In this document: positions 47,992 through 61,702 of the stretch, in pieces | How the letters are laid out: the number at the start of each line of letters is the position of its first letter | Position numbering within the stretch: position 1 is the first letter of the stretch | Assembly: GCA_043228905.1 (NCBI GenBank) | Contig: JBHGNT010000006.1 | Location: forward strand, 21,700,001 to 21,764,000 | Origin: Azolla caroliniana | Taxonomy: Eukaryota > Plantae > Polypodiophyta | Length of the DNA: 64,000 nt | Direction: 5' to 3' | Position numbers and translations under genes: made by a program | The notes under the pieces: model-generated | What the model saw: the letters and a program-made list of their open reading frames with translations, nothing else | Told to the model about the DNA's origin: nothing | Databases searched by the model: none

Positions 47992-50871
47992 ATGTCTGGT
48001 TATACGTCTCTTGAGGATGATGAAGTGGAGAGATCTGTTCTGAGACCCACAGGTGTTAATGTTTCTCTGAGAAGTACCAGTAGCTATGGCGATGGAAGCA
48101 CACCACTGCTAAATAGAAGCCACAAGAAGCCTCCGCCGTCTCCTCCCTTAAAACCTATCAATAAGAAACTCAATACGATCACGAGCCCTGTTCTCAAACC
48201 CACTAGAAAGCTCTCTATCCCTAACAACCCTAACCCTAACCCTAACCCTAACCCTAATAATCCTAGCGACCCTGACCCTAACCCCAACTCTAGCAATAGC
48301 CCCAAGTATAATCCCATTTCTACTTCTAACCCGTAGCCCTAAGCATGGCCCTAAACCTACTTCCAAACCTAACGGTAGCCCTAAGCTTAACCCTACCTCT
48401 AGCCCGAACAATAGCCCTAGGATTAACCCTAATCCGAACCCTAAAAGTAGCCCTAGTAGAAACCTTAACCCTAAATCTGTTTTTTTTATGCAGCCCCCCC
48501 TGCTCCTTTACTAGACCTCAATATGGGTTCTGATCCTCCACGTGAATTAGCCCTTAATATTACTACTACTACAACTTCTTCTTCATCGTCTTCAGCACAG
48601 AGCAGCCCATTACCGAGCCCGAGGCTAAGCAGATCCTCATCTTCAAATCTGAGGCTAATAAGAGTGCCCCCGCAGACACATAACTTTACCAAATCAACAT
48701 CAGATCTTTTCCAGAAGATTCCGAATCCGAATCCGAATCCAAACCTTTCATCTAGTGATACAAGAATCCTGACAAGATCTCTCTCTGAGAGTAGCAGGAG
48801 GAGTTCTCTGGACCCAAGCTCCGAAAGCCAGTCATCGAAGAATATCTCCGGGAAGAATCTAAATGTCAATAAACATCCGAATCCCCATGCCCGAGGTTCT
48901 CGAACGTCGACAAGACGCAACAACTCCTCGGAGAATCTTTCTGGAAAGAATCTTAACCTGCATACTGATGATTCCAGAATCTTGACAAGAAGCAATAGCT
49001 TGTCTTCTGAGGAAATCTCTCCAAAGAATTGTTGCGAAGAAGATTCTGGAATATTAACAAGATCTACCGGCCCTACAGATGATCTATTGCTGAAGAATCT
49101 GAATATTTCTGGAGAAGATTCTGGAATTTTTGCAAGGTCTGGTGGCTTGTCCCAGGATCCATCTCAGAAAAAGCTAAATTCAAATCCAAAACAGAATATT
49201 CACCGGAAAGATTCCAGAATCTTGACAAGATGCTTGTCGGATACATCAGAGAAGAGGATCAGGAGTCTCGACGAGGCTGCTCTCAACGCAATTATATGTG
49301 CGAAGAAGGTTTCGGAAAGTGAGCTAAAAGCTCAGAGGAAACTCAAAGCTTCAGAATATGGAAGGAAACAAAGTAAGGTTAATAGGGTTGTTCCTGAAGC
49401 AGAGGACCTTTCGGGAGAATGTTCTTCCAGTGCTGGGCCTCAAAGATGCAAATTCATCACTGCTCAGTCTGGTAGGAAAATTTCTCACTTATTCTGTTTG
49501 TTTTGCTTGCTCATAACTCTCTCACGGAGTCGTCCTAGAAATTTAGTTATATATATATGTATGAATACTCATATACACGTATGTATATACATGTGTATAT
49601 TTACGTATAAACATGTATTTTGCTGGTTTGATTTGCTCGATCAATGTATTATAAGCAGAGGATATAGAGCTCTCAATTGGAGGATTTTCCCTAATTTAGC
49701 TTACTAGTTTGATTGTCTTAGAAAGCATAATAGCCCAGAGGATTAGAGAGCTCTAAAAAATGTCTGTGTTTAGAGCTCTCTATTCCTCTGGTCTATTATG
49801 CAAAAAATTTCAAATTTATATTTATTGATATGAATATATAAATTTGAAGTTTTTTGTCAAATGATTTTGTTCTTAAATTTAGTATTAGCTTGCAAGAGAG
49901 TATTTTTAGCCAGATCATTTCAATATATGCAAATGCCTTCTCTTTAATTTGGGTTTTGCTTAATTTTCTCTTGGTTTGTTTTGGCTGATGAGAACAGATT
50001 TACTCTATGTGACATATCATGATGAAGAATGGGGAGTTCCTGTCCATGATGATAAGTAAGTTATTTATTATTTTTAATGACTCATGTAACATAAACCGTA
50101 ACCCTAAAACCGAAAACCTAAACCTTTTTTTGGGGTGTTTATTCAGGAGATTGTTTGAGCTTCTTGTTCTTTCTGGAGCCCAAGTAGAGCTCAATTGGTC
50201 TACCATCCTTCATCAAAGAAATGCTTACAGGTAAATAAATAAATAAATAAGCCCGTTTGGTTCATGAAAGGCTGTAATACATTGAATTATGTAACACGAA
50301 ATCATTGATTGGAATGAACCGTGAATAAATTGATTAGGATAACTGTCTTTGTCTCTTCTTTCATACATGTTTTATGGCATGCAATCAATGGAATGAACGT
50401 TGCTGCATTGAATTATATTGAATGAAATCTTTGGAAGCAAGCTTTATCTGGCATGCAATTATCTGAATGAACCATTCTAAGGCATGCATGCAATCATTGG
50501 AATGAAGCATTTTGTGGCATGCGGTCATTAGAATGAAGGGTAGTACATTCAATCATGTGGCATGGAATCATTGGAATGTTTTCTTCCCCTCAAGGATAAT
50601 GCATTGACCTATGGCATGAAATGATCAGAACGCAAGCGTCATACATTTACATGAAACCGTTATTGCTGAATGTAATCGCTTGAATTATGTGATATGTAAT
50701 CATTTGAAACGACATGACATGGAATGCTTGGAACAAAGAGAAATACATTGGATTATATGGCATGACATCACTGGAATAAAGGGTAGTACATAAAATAATA
50801 TGGTATAAAATCATTGGAAATAAAAGGGGTAATATATATATATATATAATATATATATATATATAATATAT

Positions 50872-50906
<35 letters not shown>

Positions 50907-52174
50907 TATGAGTATATGCATTGCAATGACAAGTAATACATTGAGTTCTATGGACTGAAATCATTGGAGTGTCTGTTAATACATCTAGTTACATGGATTG
51001 AAAGGATAATTTATCAAATTACATACATTAGCAGACATTGAAATAAAAGGGCAATATGTTCAGTTACAAAGGCATGAACCCAAATAGTGCATTGAATCGC
51101 ATGGCATGAAGGGGGCAATAGGTTGAGTTACATAGGCATGAGATCATTCGAATGAAAGGGTAATTAATATATTGAATGATTGCATGAAATGAATGCAATG
51201 TTTTCATTCCTATGTAACTCATCTGGTGATGTAGGGATGCATTCTGTGGTTACGACCCAATAACAGTGGCATCCTTCACCGAGAGACATATTCAATCCCT
51301 TGAAGCTGACAAAAATCTAAAATTCCCTACGGGCAAAGTGCGCGGGGTTGTTGAGAATGCAAAATGCATCCTTGAGGTTTGTCCATACAAACCTTTTGAA
51401 TGAAAGCTCTTCCATTAGAAATTTTAAGAGTGGATATTATACATACACATATTAAGAGTGGCGCACATTTTATGCGTTATATATGGATCACTGTCCTTTT
51501 TATGAAGTCTTTATGTTGAACAGTGCCCTTCCATTGCTTTTTTCTAGGTGATCAAGGAGTTTGGATCCTTGGACAATTATCTCTGGGGATTTCTCAACCA
51601 CAAACCAATGAACAATCACTATCGGTACCCGAAGCAAGTGCCCGTGAAGACTTCTAAATCAGAGTCGATGAGCAAAGACCTTGTAAAAAGAGGGTTTCGA
51701 TTTGTGGGATCGACGATTGTATATTCATTCATGCAAGCTTCTGGAATGACAAATGACCATCTTTTACAATGCTTTAGGCATCAAGCCTGTTCAGTTCTAG
51801 CTGGAAATGAAGTCACAGATGGCGAATGCATACCGATTCTGAAAGATGCATCACCTTCTTCTCTAGAAATGCATGAAGATACGCATGGAGATTCGAGTGC
51901 GGATACACTGTGCAACAATACCAACCCCGATAATGTCAATACAGATATGATGCTTGCTGGTACGGACCTGAATACAACTGAGGATACAATGCCCGATGAT
52001 ACTGAACAGGATAGAATGAATGCAGATTCAGTATTTGATTCTGACCCAAATAACACGAATCTGGAAATTGTGCTCAATGTTACCGACTCGGATGGGCTGA
52101 ACATTTGCCCATCTTCTGTGAATACAGAGTTGGATGGGTGCCTCGTAATAAGCAAGTCCGGTGTCGAAAGTTAA
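47992..52174 (+). CDS. DNA-3-methyladenine glycosylase I (TAG / Adenine_glyco family), 5 exons: 47992-49471, 49998-50055, 50147-50230, 51235-51376, 51548-52174
   Basis: Spliced GT-AG product reads RCKFITAQSD-LLYVTYHDEEWGVPVHDDKRLFELLVLSGAQVELNWSTIL...VENAKCILE-VIKEFGSLDNYLW...SKDLVKRGFRFVGSTIVYSFMQASGMTNDHLLQCFRH. N-terminal RSVLRPTG resembles plant TAG N-termini. Exon 1 has two compensating frameshifts as given. Confidence 0.93.
50280..51200 (+). repeat. Degenerate ~40-45 bp minisatellite plus a (TA)n tract in intron 3 of the glycosylase gene
   Basis: Recurrent CATTGAATTACATGGCATGAAATCATTGGAATGAA-like units. TA-rich tract at about 50832-50908. Confidence 0.7.
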
Positions 52175-55100
52175 GACCATTGTATTTCCTACCAAAATGG
52201 TACGTAACATAGTAAAAATACTAAAGAGAAACCATAACCATATATAATATATAGGTACCTCAACCTAAATCTAATTTAAACCTTGGGTCATGGAGCATGA
52301 TGCGATTCTGAGTGTTTTATCTTCTCTCTATCCAGAGCATTATTGGAGATATTCGAAAAATAGAAATCGAAGTCGAACTTACAAACCTCGTCTAAATTAT
52401 TATTTTTGTCCCGATTCTCTCCCTTGTATCTTCCACTTTGTGTATTGGTGTAAAACACCATCAATACCATATCCTTATATCTTACAGCCACAGCTTTAGA
52501 ATGGATGGATGTAGCATGTTACTTTCCTCATTGTTTATAACCATGTAATTCATCAAAGGATAATAATATACAGAACTCTTATGGGATCATAAAGTGTTCC
52601 TTGAAAGTATTGTGTTTGTGTATATATATTCGTGTCTTCTTTAATCTACTCAAAACATTAACCCCAATGCAAAGGTAACAATCATACATTTTACCCTGAA
52701 ATCTCAACATTCTTTACATGCCCAAATAATAATGGAATTTGATCATATTTGTGATTCAGAAATGTGTTTGGTGTGGATTGGACTAATGATTAGATCTTGC
52801 TTGGTTAAGGGTAAGCCGAAAATCGAGACATCCAAGTCTTTGTATCATCCGCATCACTTGGGATATAAATTGTCAATAACCACCTTTCCATAAAGAGAAA
52901 AAGAAAATAAGGAAGTGTAAACCAATGCAAAGTTTGTCTATTCCACTATTAATTGTAGGATGCATTACTTCAACGCAAAACAACAGTACAACATTGTTTC
53001 GATTCTTTGGGTGTGCCTCCCATGCCAGGTGCCAACATATGGAGGTCAGTTAGTAGTCAATTGTTATTAAGAGCCCCAACTTCCCAAGTTTGAAAGTTTT
53101 AGCAAGCGAGGCGGTCAATTTTTGTTAAGATTACCAACTTCCAAGTTTGAAAAATTGTAAAAGTTGAATTAGAGGATAAAGGGGTTCATGTTTTTAAGGA
53201 AGGGATGCTTCGATCTTAATCTTCACTTTTTCCGAGATTTGGGTGAATATAGTTCAATATTCTGTGCTAAAAATATGTGCATGCATATATCTTTTGTAAC
53301 TCTTACCTTTCCTAATAACATGAGAAATGTTCATTCTAAACTTGTGACATAAATGATGCGCAACGAATCTCTCTCTCTCTCTCTCTACCTCCCTTAGCTA
53401 CCAATGCATAAGTCATAAATACATTGGTAAATAAGACACAATGCATTATATTGTGCCTTGCACGTAATGTCTTGTTTTTCTCTTACTTAATCTTAGATTG
53501 TATTGCTTCAAAGTAAAGGAGCATTGCAAAAAACATATGGCTATAGACTTAACAAACACAATGTTGTTTCTTCGGCATTATAATTCAACAAATAATTTGT
53601 TGTAGAAAAGGTAAGTATAGAGGTAAAAGTTGTGTTGATCTTAAGTGCATTATAAACTTGGGAACTTTGTTTTTTTCTGTGTGGTTTCTCTTAGATGTTG
53701 TCCCTAGCATCAAACTTTTAATTAGGGTACAAAATATAGAACCAAACCAAATAAAAAATTAAAGTTTTATGAACCAATGTTTTAACAAAAACGTAGTGGA
53801 CGTCTAGTTTCCGAAACTCGAAACTCTTTTTCATGGTCTGTTCCAAATGTAGATAATATTTCCACAGTAAAAACACATGGTTGCGGTTCTTCACCTTATC
53901 TTCCTCTCAAAATTGGGATTCCTTTTGTTTTTTTATCTTCAGAGTCAAAATTGGGTGTATTCTCGTGGGCAATCCATCCTTTATGATTGCACGCTCAAGA
54001 AATTCTCTAACTTTACAAGGACATCTATTGTCATTACCTTTTCATTGATCACTTTCAACACATTCCAAACTTTTTTCTTTTATTTGCTACACAGGACCAT
54101 AATCACTGTTCATGGGACTACATGAAGCTACTTTAAGGGTATTAGAAGGCTTAATGGTCACATATCTTAGCTACTATCTATGACTTAGAAACTTCACAAA
54201 AGGAACAATGTCGAATAGTACCACTTTCTTGTCATAAAAATGTAGCGAGTAAAAAGTATCCCCGTGTCATTTTGATTTATTTTAAAGCTAGTTTTCCAAT
54301 CAACATGGTTATATTTATTGTATTGAAGTCTTATTTCTAGGGAGCCAAAAGTTTAACTAACCACTAGATGACAAAAAACATAAGTGGCAAAAACAAGTAG
54401 ATATCCGAAGGCATTATATTCCCTACATATATATATATTTGTTTTAAGTAGATGCAGAATAAAAATACTAAAGGAAAACGTAACTTGGGCCTTGGCATCT
54501 CTATCTAAGGCAAGTATGAAACTTTCAATATGTCGATTAACACCACATAATACCTCATATTTTGAACTAAACAATTTCCAAACATCCTTATATTGGGCTA
54601 GAAGATCACATCGATCTGGCACGAATATCATGCAAGTAAGTTTTGATAAATGCATCATTTTCTCTTTGCACAAACTAGGAACAATTTGCCTTTCGATTTA
54701 ATAAAGACTTTACTTTTGTAAGTCAAGTCTTAACTAAGCAAGAAGTATTTCGAAAGCTTACTTTATATTAGGCATCGATATAGAAAAACATACTATCCTT
54801 CGTCCGTGATGGTTATGGATAGCCCTACATACATTTTTAAAAGCCTTATGCAATTGATAGTTTGGTTGATCCTTAGTTTACTCTGAACCATAAAAAAGAA
54901 CCTTATTTAGCAATTAGATCTAACAGCTCAAAATCTCCATATATAATACTAATAATAATCCAAGTTATAGTGTTGAGAAAAAAAAGAGAACAAAACATTC
55001 CCCTCCCATCTAATCAAATGTAGAGCGAATTATGCAACAAAACACGAGACTCTTTCTCTATAAGATTTGGATAGAAAAATCAAACAATATATTCGTCTCT

Positions 55101-56883
55101 AGATTATAATTTATGATCGTGCAAGTTTTATAATAGTTAAGGCACACTTACCAACATGTCGATGGAAATGATAGTCTTATATTTTCTTTCTAGGTTAATG
55201 TAGAAATAGTTAATGAATCATTAATCCACTTGGGTATTAGTATGCATGTGGGTTTACATAATAATGCCTCCCTAGATTTGTTGACAACCAGAAATTTGAT
55301 ATTATTCATACCTAGAGGCTAGGCCCATGGTAAACTAGAAGAATATTTCCAAATATTTTTGAAATTAAACATTGCCTACGCATGTGGTCCAACACCCATT
55401 GCGTTTCAAGCTCTATATATTGTACAATGTTACGTATGCAAATACATATGCGAAGATTTTCCTTGTGTTTACAACATTGCATTCATATTTGGTGCATAAC
55501 CTCAAACACTTGTTGTAATGTCACAAGAGAATGAAAGGCATGTTTATCACTCGAGCTTAATTGCCAATCCTCAAATACTCGAAAAGACCATGCTTGCAAT
55601 GGTTGACATTCAAATCATAAACTTATGCTCGATTTACAACTTAAAATTACTAATATATTTTCACATACTCACTAGCACAACTCATGAATCACTAATATGT
55701 CATTATTGTTTCAAGTAAAGGATATTTGTCTCGTTTTGCCCTTGGGATGACAAAGTAAAGGTTTGAAATCCCACTTAGCCTAATCTATCATGTCAACTCC
55801 CGACCCAATCAAACTTTAAGCCATTTACAAAAGTGACAAGAAAAAATTTATCTAATGAAAATTCCTTTCCTGTTTCAAGGAATTGATGGGATTAGTTACA
55901 CGTTTTAATTTATGCATAAAGGGAGTTTGTATATTATAGATATTGTGTGCATCTATATGAAGAGTTTTGGAGTGTTACTATGTGTAGAGATGAAACTCTG
56001 TAGACACGAGGGACCCATCTCAATTCATTTGTGATGTGATCCAAGATCCTCCTTTTGATTCCCATATCCATGTGCAAAGAGAATAAATGATGTGAGTGGT
56101 AGCACCATGATTACTAAGATTTGATTAGACTACCATCTATGCTTTGATATTCAAGTTTGTTCAATTTGAAACATCCAACGTGCACGCAAGCTAGAGAACG
56201 GGTAACAAAACCTTAAAGAAAGCTTGATTCATAAGTGAACCCACTAAAGTGCTTGTGAAACAAAATACAAGACGATAAAAAAATAGAGAAATGATAGAAA
56301 GCTTTAGATTGGAAGGCCTTGAATCAAATGCACATAAAGTATTCCTCACCCCTATGCAACTAATATAATATTGGGGTATCACAATTAATTATTTTACTTA
56401 TAATGTAGCTAAATGGATAGTGGTTTGGGGTACATGAATTTAGGGCAAGTTTATATATAAAGTAAAGGAGAGAAACTATGTATAATGAGTAGGGGACCTT
56501 TACCTTTTGTTTTAAAGATTATAGATTCATCTTCTTTTAAATACTAGAAAATATGTGTTAAACTAGAAATGAAAGGCTTTTCAAATCTTGGTGCTTGTAA
56601 TTAAGAAGGATATTCATTCACTAGAACTTGCAAACTAAACGAAGTTACGATTATTTTCGGTCAATCTCAAGGAAAGATGGCAATCATCTAGTTTTGGCTA
56701 AGGTTTTGAATATTTTGTTTTGCTTGTGTAAGGCTAATGGACATTAATATTATAAGTTTTCTCGTTAATGTTCTAATTAGCAATGGGCCTGGTTTGGGCT
56801 CAAGCCGAACCGAACTGTTAAGCCATGGTTTAAAGGTTTATAAGTTCCAAAATAATTAAATGGTTTGGTTTAGTTTTATTTAT

Positions 56884-57196
56884 GGGAAAAGTACCAGGAT
56901 ACCCTTGGAAGTTCGTCTATTTACCAAAATGCCCCTAGAAGTTCCAAATTTACCAAACTACCCCTATGTCTAAAAAATTACACTTTATAAAGTAATTATA
57001 CACTCAAATCTTTGGTAAATAGGGCTAGTTCAGGTCCATTTCTTCCATCTTTGGTAAATAGGGCTTGTAGATTTGAGTGTATAATTACTTTATAAAGTGT
57101 AATGTTTTGCACAGAGTGGTAGTTTGGTAAATTTAGAACTTCTAGGGGCATTCTGGTAAATAGACGAACTTCCAAGGATATCCTAGTACTTTTCCC
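56884..57196. mobile_element. Foldback MITE with ~130-bp TIRs (GGGAAAAGTACCAGG...), nested in the hAT element
   Basis: Left arm 56884-~57012 is nearly the reverse complement of ~57068-57196. Confidence 0.85.
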
Positions 57197-57306
57197 TAAA
57201 AAATATTAGCCCAAAAACCTATAAACCTTTAAACCAAACCACTTAAACCTATAAACCGATAAACCCTAGTTTCAAAACCTAACTGAACCGTTTATTAATA
57301 AATAAA

Positions 57307-57688
57307 GGGAAAAGTACCAGGATACCCCTAGAAGTTCGTTTATTTACCAGAATGCCCCTGGAAGTTCCAAATTTACCAAACTACCCCTATGTCCAAAAAA
57401 TTACAGGGAAAAGTACCAGGTTACCCCTGGAAGTTCATCTATTTACTAGAATGCCCCTGGAAGTTCCAAATTTACCAAACTACCCATATGTCCAAAAAAT
57501 TACACTTTATAAAGTAATTATACACTCAAATCTACAAGCCCTATTTACCAAAATACCCTTAAAACACAAATTTCTTTACTTAAGAGATTCTTTGGGTCCT
57601 TTGTACTTACTTTATAAAGTGTATTTTTTTGGACATAGGGGTAGTTTGGTAAATTTGGAACTTCCAAGGGTATCTTGGTACTTTTCCC
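57307..57688. mobile_element. Second copy of the same foldback MITE with a 99-bp tandem duplication of the left TIR
   Basis: GGGAAAAGTACCAGG starts at 57307 and 57406. Right end is ...GGTACTTTTCCC at 57688. Confidence 0.82.
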
Positions 57689-59400
57689 TTTTTTTTATCC
57701 CTTAAATGTTTATGTAATTTAATGGTTTTTATTGATTTAATTCACTTAACTTAAATGTTTATTTAATCTAATGGCTTAATTAATGCTTATTTAATTTATT
57801 GTATTTCTATTTATTTAATTTTTTAATTAGTTTGGCCTAAATGTGGTTAGGTTTAAACTTTTTATTAAATGGCTCGGTTTGATTTCAACTTTTCCCTAAA
57901 CGGTTTTGGTTTACTTTTTCTTAAATGGTTTGGTTTGGTTTTTGTTTTATATAAATGGTTTGGTTTCAAGGGAAAGAAACCGAACCGAACTGAGCCCATT
58001 GCTAGTTCTAATAGGATATGTACATGTGCCGCCCTTTAACCATTCCTTTACATATTTATTACATTCATATGTAATTTTCCATCAAATGACAAGCTTCACT
58101 TGTAGGTGGGAAGTTTGGAAAATAGATGGTTTCGACATTAGTCAACTAGAGAGTGAGTTTATGAGGTGATCATGATTTACTATCATCCGAAAGAGTAACA
58201 TCATCGATGGTATACGTAGATTGCATTACATAAGTGTCTAGTTTTTCTATGTTCCAATATGGAATTTATAAAAATGAATAGTAGGCAAGTCTACTATTTG
58301 GAGGAACTTGTGTGAAGTGGGCATATTGAGTGAACAATGATGGAAACATCTTTTAATTGTAGTGTTGTATGATTTGCATTGTAATGTTGCTCGTGATTTA
58401 AAAATGCGCTCATGAGCATGGTGGTACCATAGTTCTCTTAACAATTGTCTTTTCATTTGGATATAGTAAACCTAGAAAACATAACTCAATGTCGAATTGA
58501 AATATCCACAATGTTTTAGACATTTCATACTTATTTAAGTTCAAGCTGTGGTGGTTGAATGGCTTACCAACTTGATGCATTACTACACACAATACGCAAT
58601 AGCTCATATAGGCTACGAAAATATTACGATGAAAGAATATATCTAGCTATATTAGAGTTGATTGTGTTGAACCCAACACCACATTCTCCCATTGCTAGTG
58701 ATCTACCCTCAATGAGGAAATGTCAATGTGATGATGCTACAACCAAATTCCCAATTTGACACATGTTTTGCCCCTCAAAACATGAAATGGAAAGTTATAC
58801 TTTGCAAATGGAATGCTTAGATGCCCCAAGGGTCTACCTACAATAACTAATCAATGGTGCCCCATGAAAACAATTGCAATGACATAGTCACCATGAAAAG
58901 TAGTGGTGGTCTAGTATGATGTGTGCCTCATGGTTGACCTTAGTAATGTTTTTGTCCATAGTAGCTCAATTTTGTGAGAAAGGAACATTTCACATCCCCA
59001 AGTTGATATGGAGATTATTACAAACAAATGAAAACAACTTGAGAAGTGCTCACATCCATAACCTGATATGTAGGTAACTACATATTTAAATGTTGATAAT
59101 GAGGGAAATCCAAACAAAAGTGTAAAGAAGACACTCATAATCATGGATAAAGCTGGTTAAAGAAACATTTTTTTCATTGGAGCATCGAATTTCCTCTTAA
59201 GTGGAACTTGTTGGCGATTCAGAAACCGATGGGTTTATTACGTATTCTAAGGATTAGTTTTCAAAAAAGAAAACTTATTAACATTAAACACAAGGTCCTA
59301 AGCGATTAATAAATAAGCACAAAAGAAAAGGAGACCATGTTAACATGTTCGATGATTGTGTTGTGCCTACATGCACATGCACATGGCACTCATGCCCAAG

Positions 59401-59463
<63 letters not shown>
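59401..59463. repeat. (CT)n(CA)n compound microsatellite
   Basis: Seen directly in the sequence. Confidence 0.95.
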
Positions 59464-59466
<3 letters not shown>

Positions 59467-61702
59467 TGCACACAACTCCCTCTCTCCATATTGACCCTCG
59501 AAAGCGAGAAACACGTGTGCTAGATGATTTTTCAAACAACACTTGAAATAATTCCAGACAATATTAATCAAGGGCATTTGGGGAGTAACAAAAAAGCTTA
59601 GGCCTTTTGGGGAAGTAAATCTGGATTTTTTCTCAACTCATAATTGGATCTACTTGCAACAACTTAAAAGGTTACTAAAGTTTCCACCATATATATCATT
59701 GTAGTTTTGACATCTAAAGAAGCACCACTATAAACGTCAACATGTATAGATTCCAGCCCATATGGTAGATATATAGTTTATAAATCATCTAGACCTGGAT
59801 TAGTCTAATAAAATGGTGTATCCTTAGTCTTAGTTTATTGATCCTATAGATAGCAGATTCGGTTGATTACTGTAATTGATCTCAAGTTTCATCAACCAAT
59901 TTGTTCAATATTCATGCTGTCGAATACTATTTCAATGTTTGACACATGTGCCATTCCCTATACAATCTAAAAGACATAAAATTATGAATGATATCACTAT
60001 CAAGTTGTTGTTATCCTTACCAAATTTCATTTTCCTAATAACTACACATGTTTCTATAATCCCTCACATGTTTCAACTTCAAAAGCCCAAGTGTGTATGT
60101 TCTATCATTGAATTGTATATTTACTCAAAATGTAGCTTTTAAATTAGTTCCATTGCTATAATTGATGTTAACCAACCCTCTTTGGACATATTGAAAAATA
60201 ATGCATTAGCTCAAACTTAGTTCTCATTCATAAATTGTTGAATAAGATATTCTCTTAACCATAGCTATTGTTCATATTATTGCCATTATATATTTCTAAA
60301 ACATGTGCATTTCCACATATAATTTAAATAGTATATCATAAATTAAATTAACATCAAGTTGCACATTGCATTTTACACACAATTTTCCAAACATAAATTC
60401 AAATGCTCTCTCACCTTGCATATGTTTGCATTTAAACTCAAATTGTAAACTTTCCCATGACTGATTGCCCATTTGATCATTGTCAATTAAGCCTATGAAT
60501 CCTTCTCCAAGCCCATCGGGCATATGTTGTTCTACAAAACAAATTCATATGTTCGCTTATGAGATCATGAATCTGAATGCATTGATGCATTATCTACTAT
60601 CAATGCTTGATCATTCTCAATTTCCTTTAAAAAAAATCTTCAGGCTCAACAAATATATCATGATGATTTGGATCATATTTTAAGTAACACAAACATGCTT
60701 GCATTTAATGTGATCAGTTTGAATATACTAATGCAACATTTTAAATAATCATTAATTGTCACATCCAAGTTGTAAGAAATAAAACAGGTTAACACAAACA
60801 ATAAATGAAAGCAAGCATGTTGATGTCCAAAAAATAAGCTAAAATGAACTACCTTAGATGATGCTTTATGCAAAGCTCGAAAATTTCATCCAAACCAGAA
60901 ACCTCAAACAAGAACTTGTGTGCCACAATTTTGCCTATCCATGAAATTGTGTTATTAAGGCATATAATTTGACTCAGCTCTTACATCCACAAGTAGGCCA
61001 AATGATATGCTGGGGCTCTATTGAGCAATTTGCAATTGTCTCTAGTACCTTTCCTAGATCAGAGATGGTGTTTTCCTACAAAAAGGAGGCAAGCAAAACA
61101 CCTTTACATCCCTATTGTGGCGAACATAACGAGCACAAGCCTGAATTTAAATCTTTGTTTAGTGGAAGCACATCTAACCAGACCTCTTTACTGATGAATC
61201 TTTACAGTTATTCATACGACCGCATAGGGAAAATATAACCATATGGAAAAGAAGTGAAGTTTCAAGAATATTTCATTTACTAAACTTAACCAGGTTAAAC
61301 TGACAATCCATTGTTGAATTTTCATGTCTAGAATGATGTTTTTGATCAATTGCAAGTTACAAATGTACAGGGATAGATATAATTTACAACTGCAAAAAAG
61401 AACTAATCTAACCATAACAAACCACTGCATCTTAGCACTTGCCATATCCTCCATTGTCGATACCGTCCATCAGTACAAGCTTACTAGGAAACTTTTCTTT
61501 ACTAATCGCCCTTTCATAAATGAAACAATAGGAAAGTTACCGAAATAACACAAATATTGTAGGAATGTCATGAACAATTTTTGTGAATCCAAGGGATATA
61601 GTAGAAAACATGTGTATTTCTATTGGAGTTTTTGGTTTCCTTTATAAATATTTCCAACAGGCTAGTCTTAACCATTTTTAAAAGCACTGGGAAAGCTGGT
61701 CT

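Larger units (their letters stand above)
56778..58004. mobile_element. Non-autonomous hAT DNA transposon
   Basis: 11-bp TIR TAGCAATGGGC / GCCCATTGCTA, perfect 8-bp TSD GTTCTAAT (56770-56777 and 58005-58012), subterminal AACCG/CGGTT motifs. Confidence 0.92.

Noticed and set aside
49472-49707. Hydrophobic C-terminal tail of the 394-aa ORF
   Set aside because: Read-through into intron 1. The GT donor at 49472 splices in frame to the conserved DLLYVTYHDEEWG exon.
54353-54701. Overlapping ~105-aa ORFs in intergenic DNA
   Set aside because: No recognisable motif, and no consistent exon chain could be built.
58100-60700. Possible decayed DNA-transposase fragments (e.g. LIVDNASMH on the - strand near 60580-60610)
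   Set aside because: Isolated short motifs among stops, with no TIR or TSD found. A tBLASTn or HMM search would be needed.
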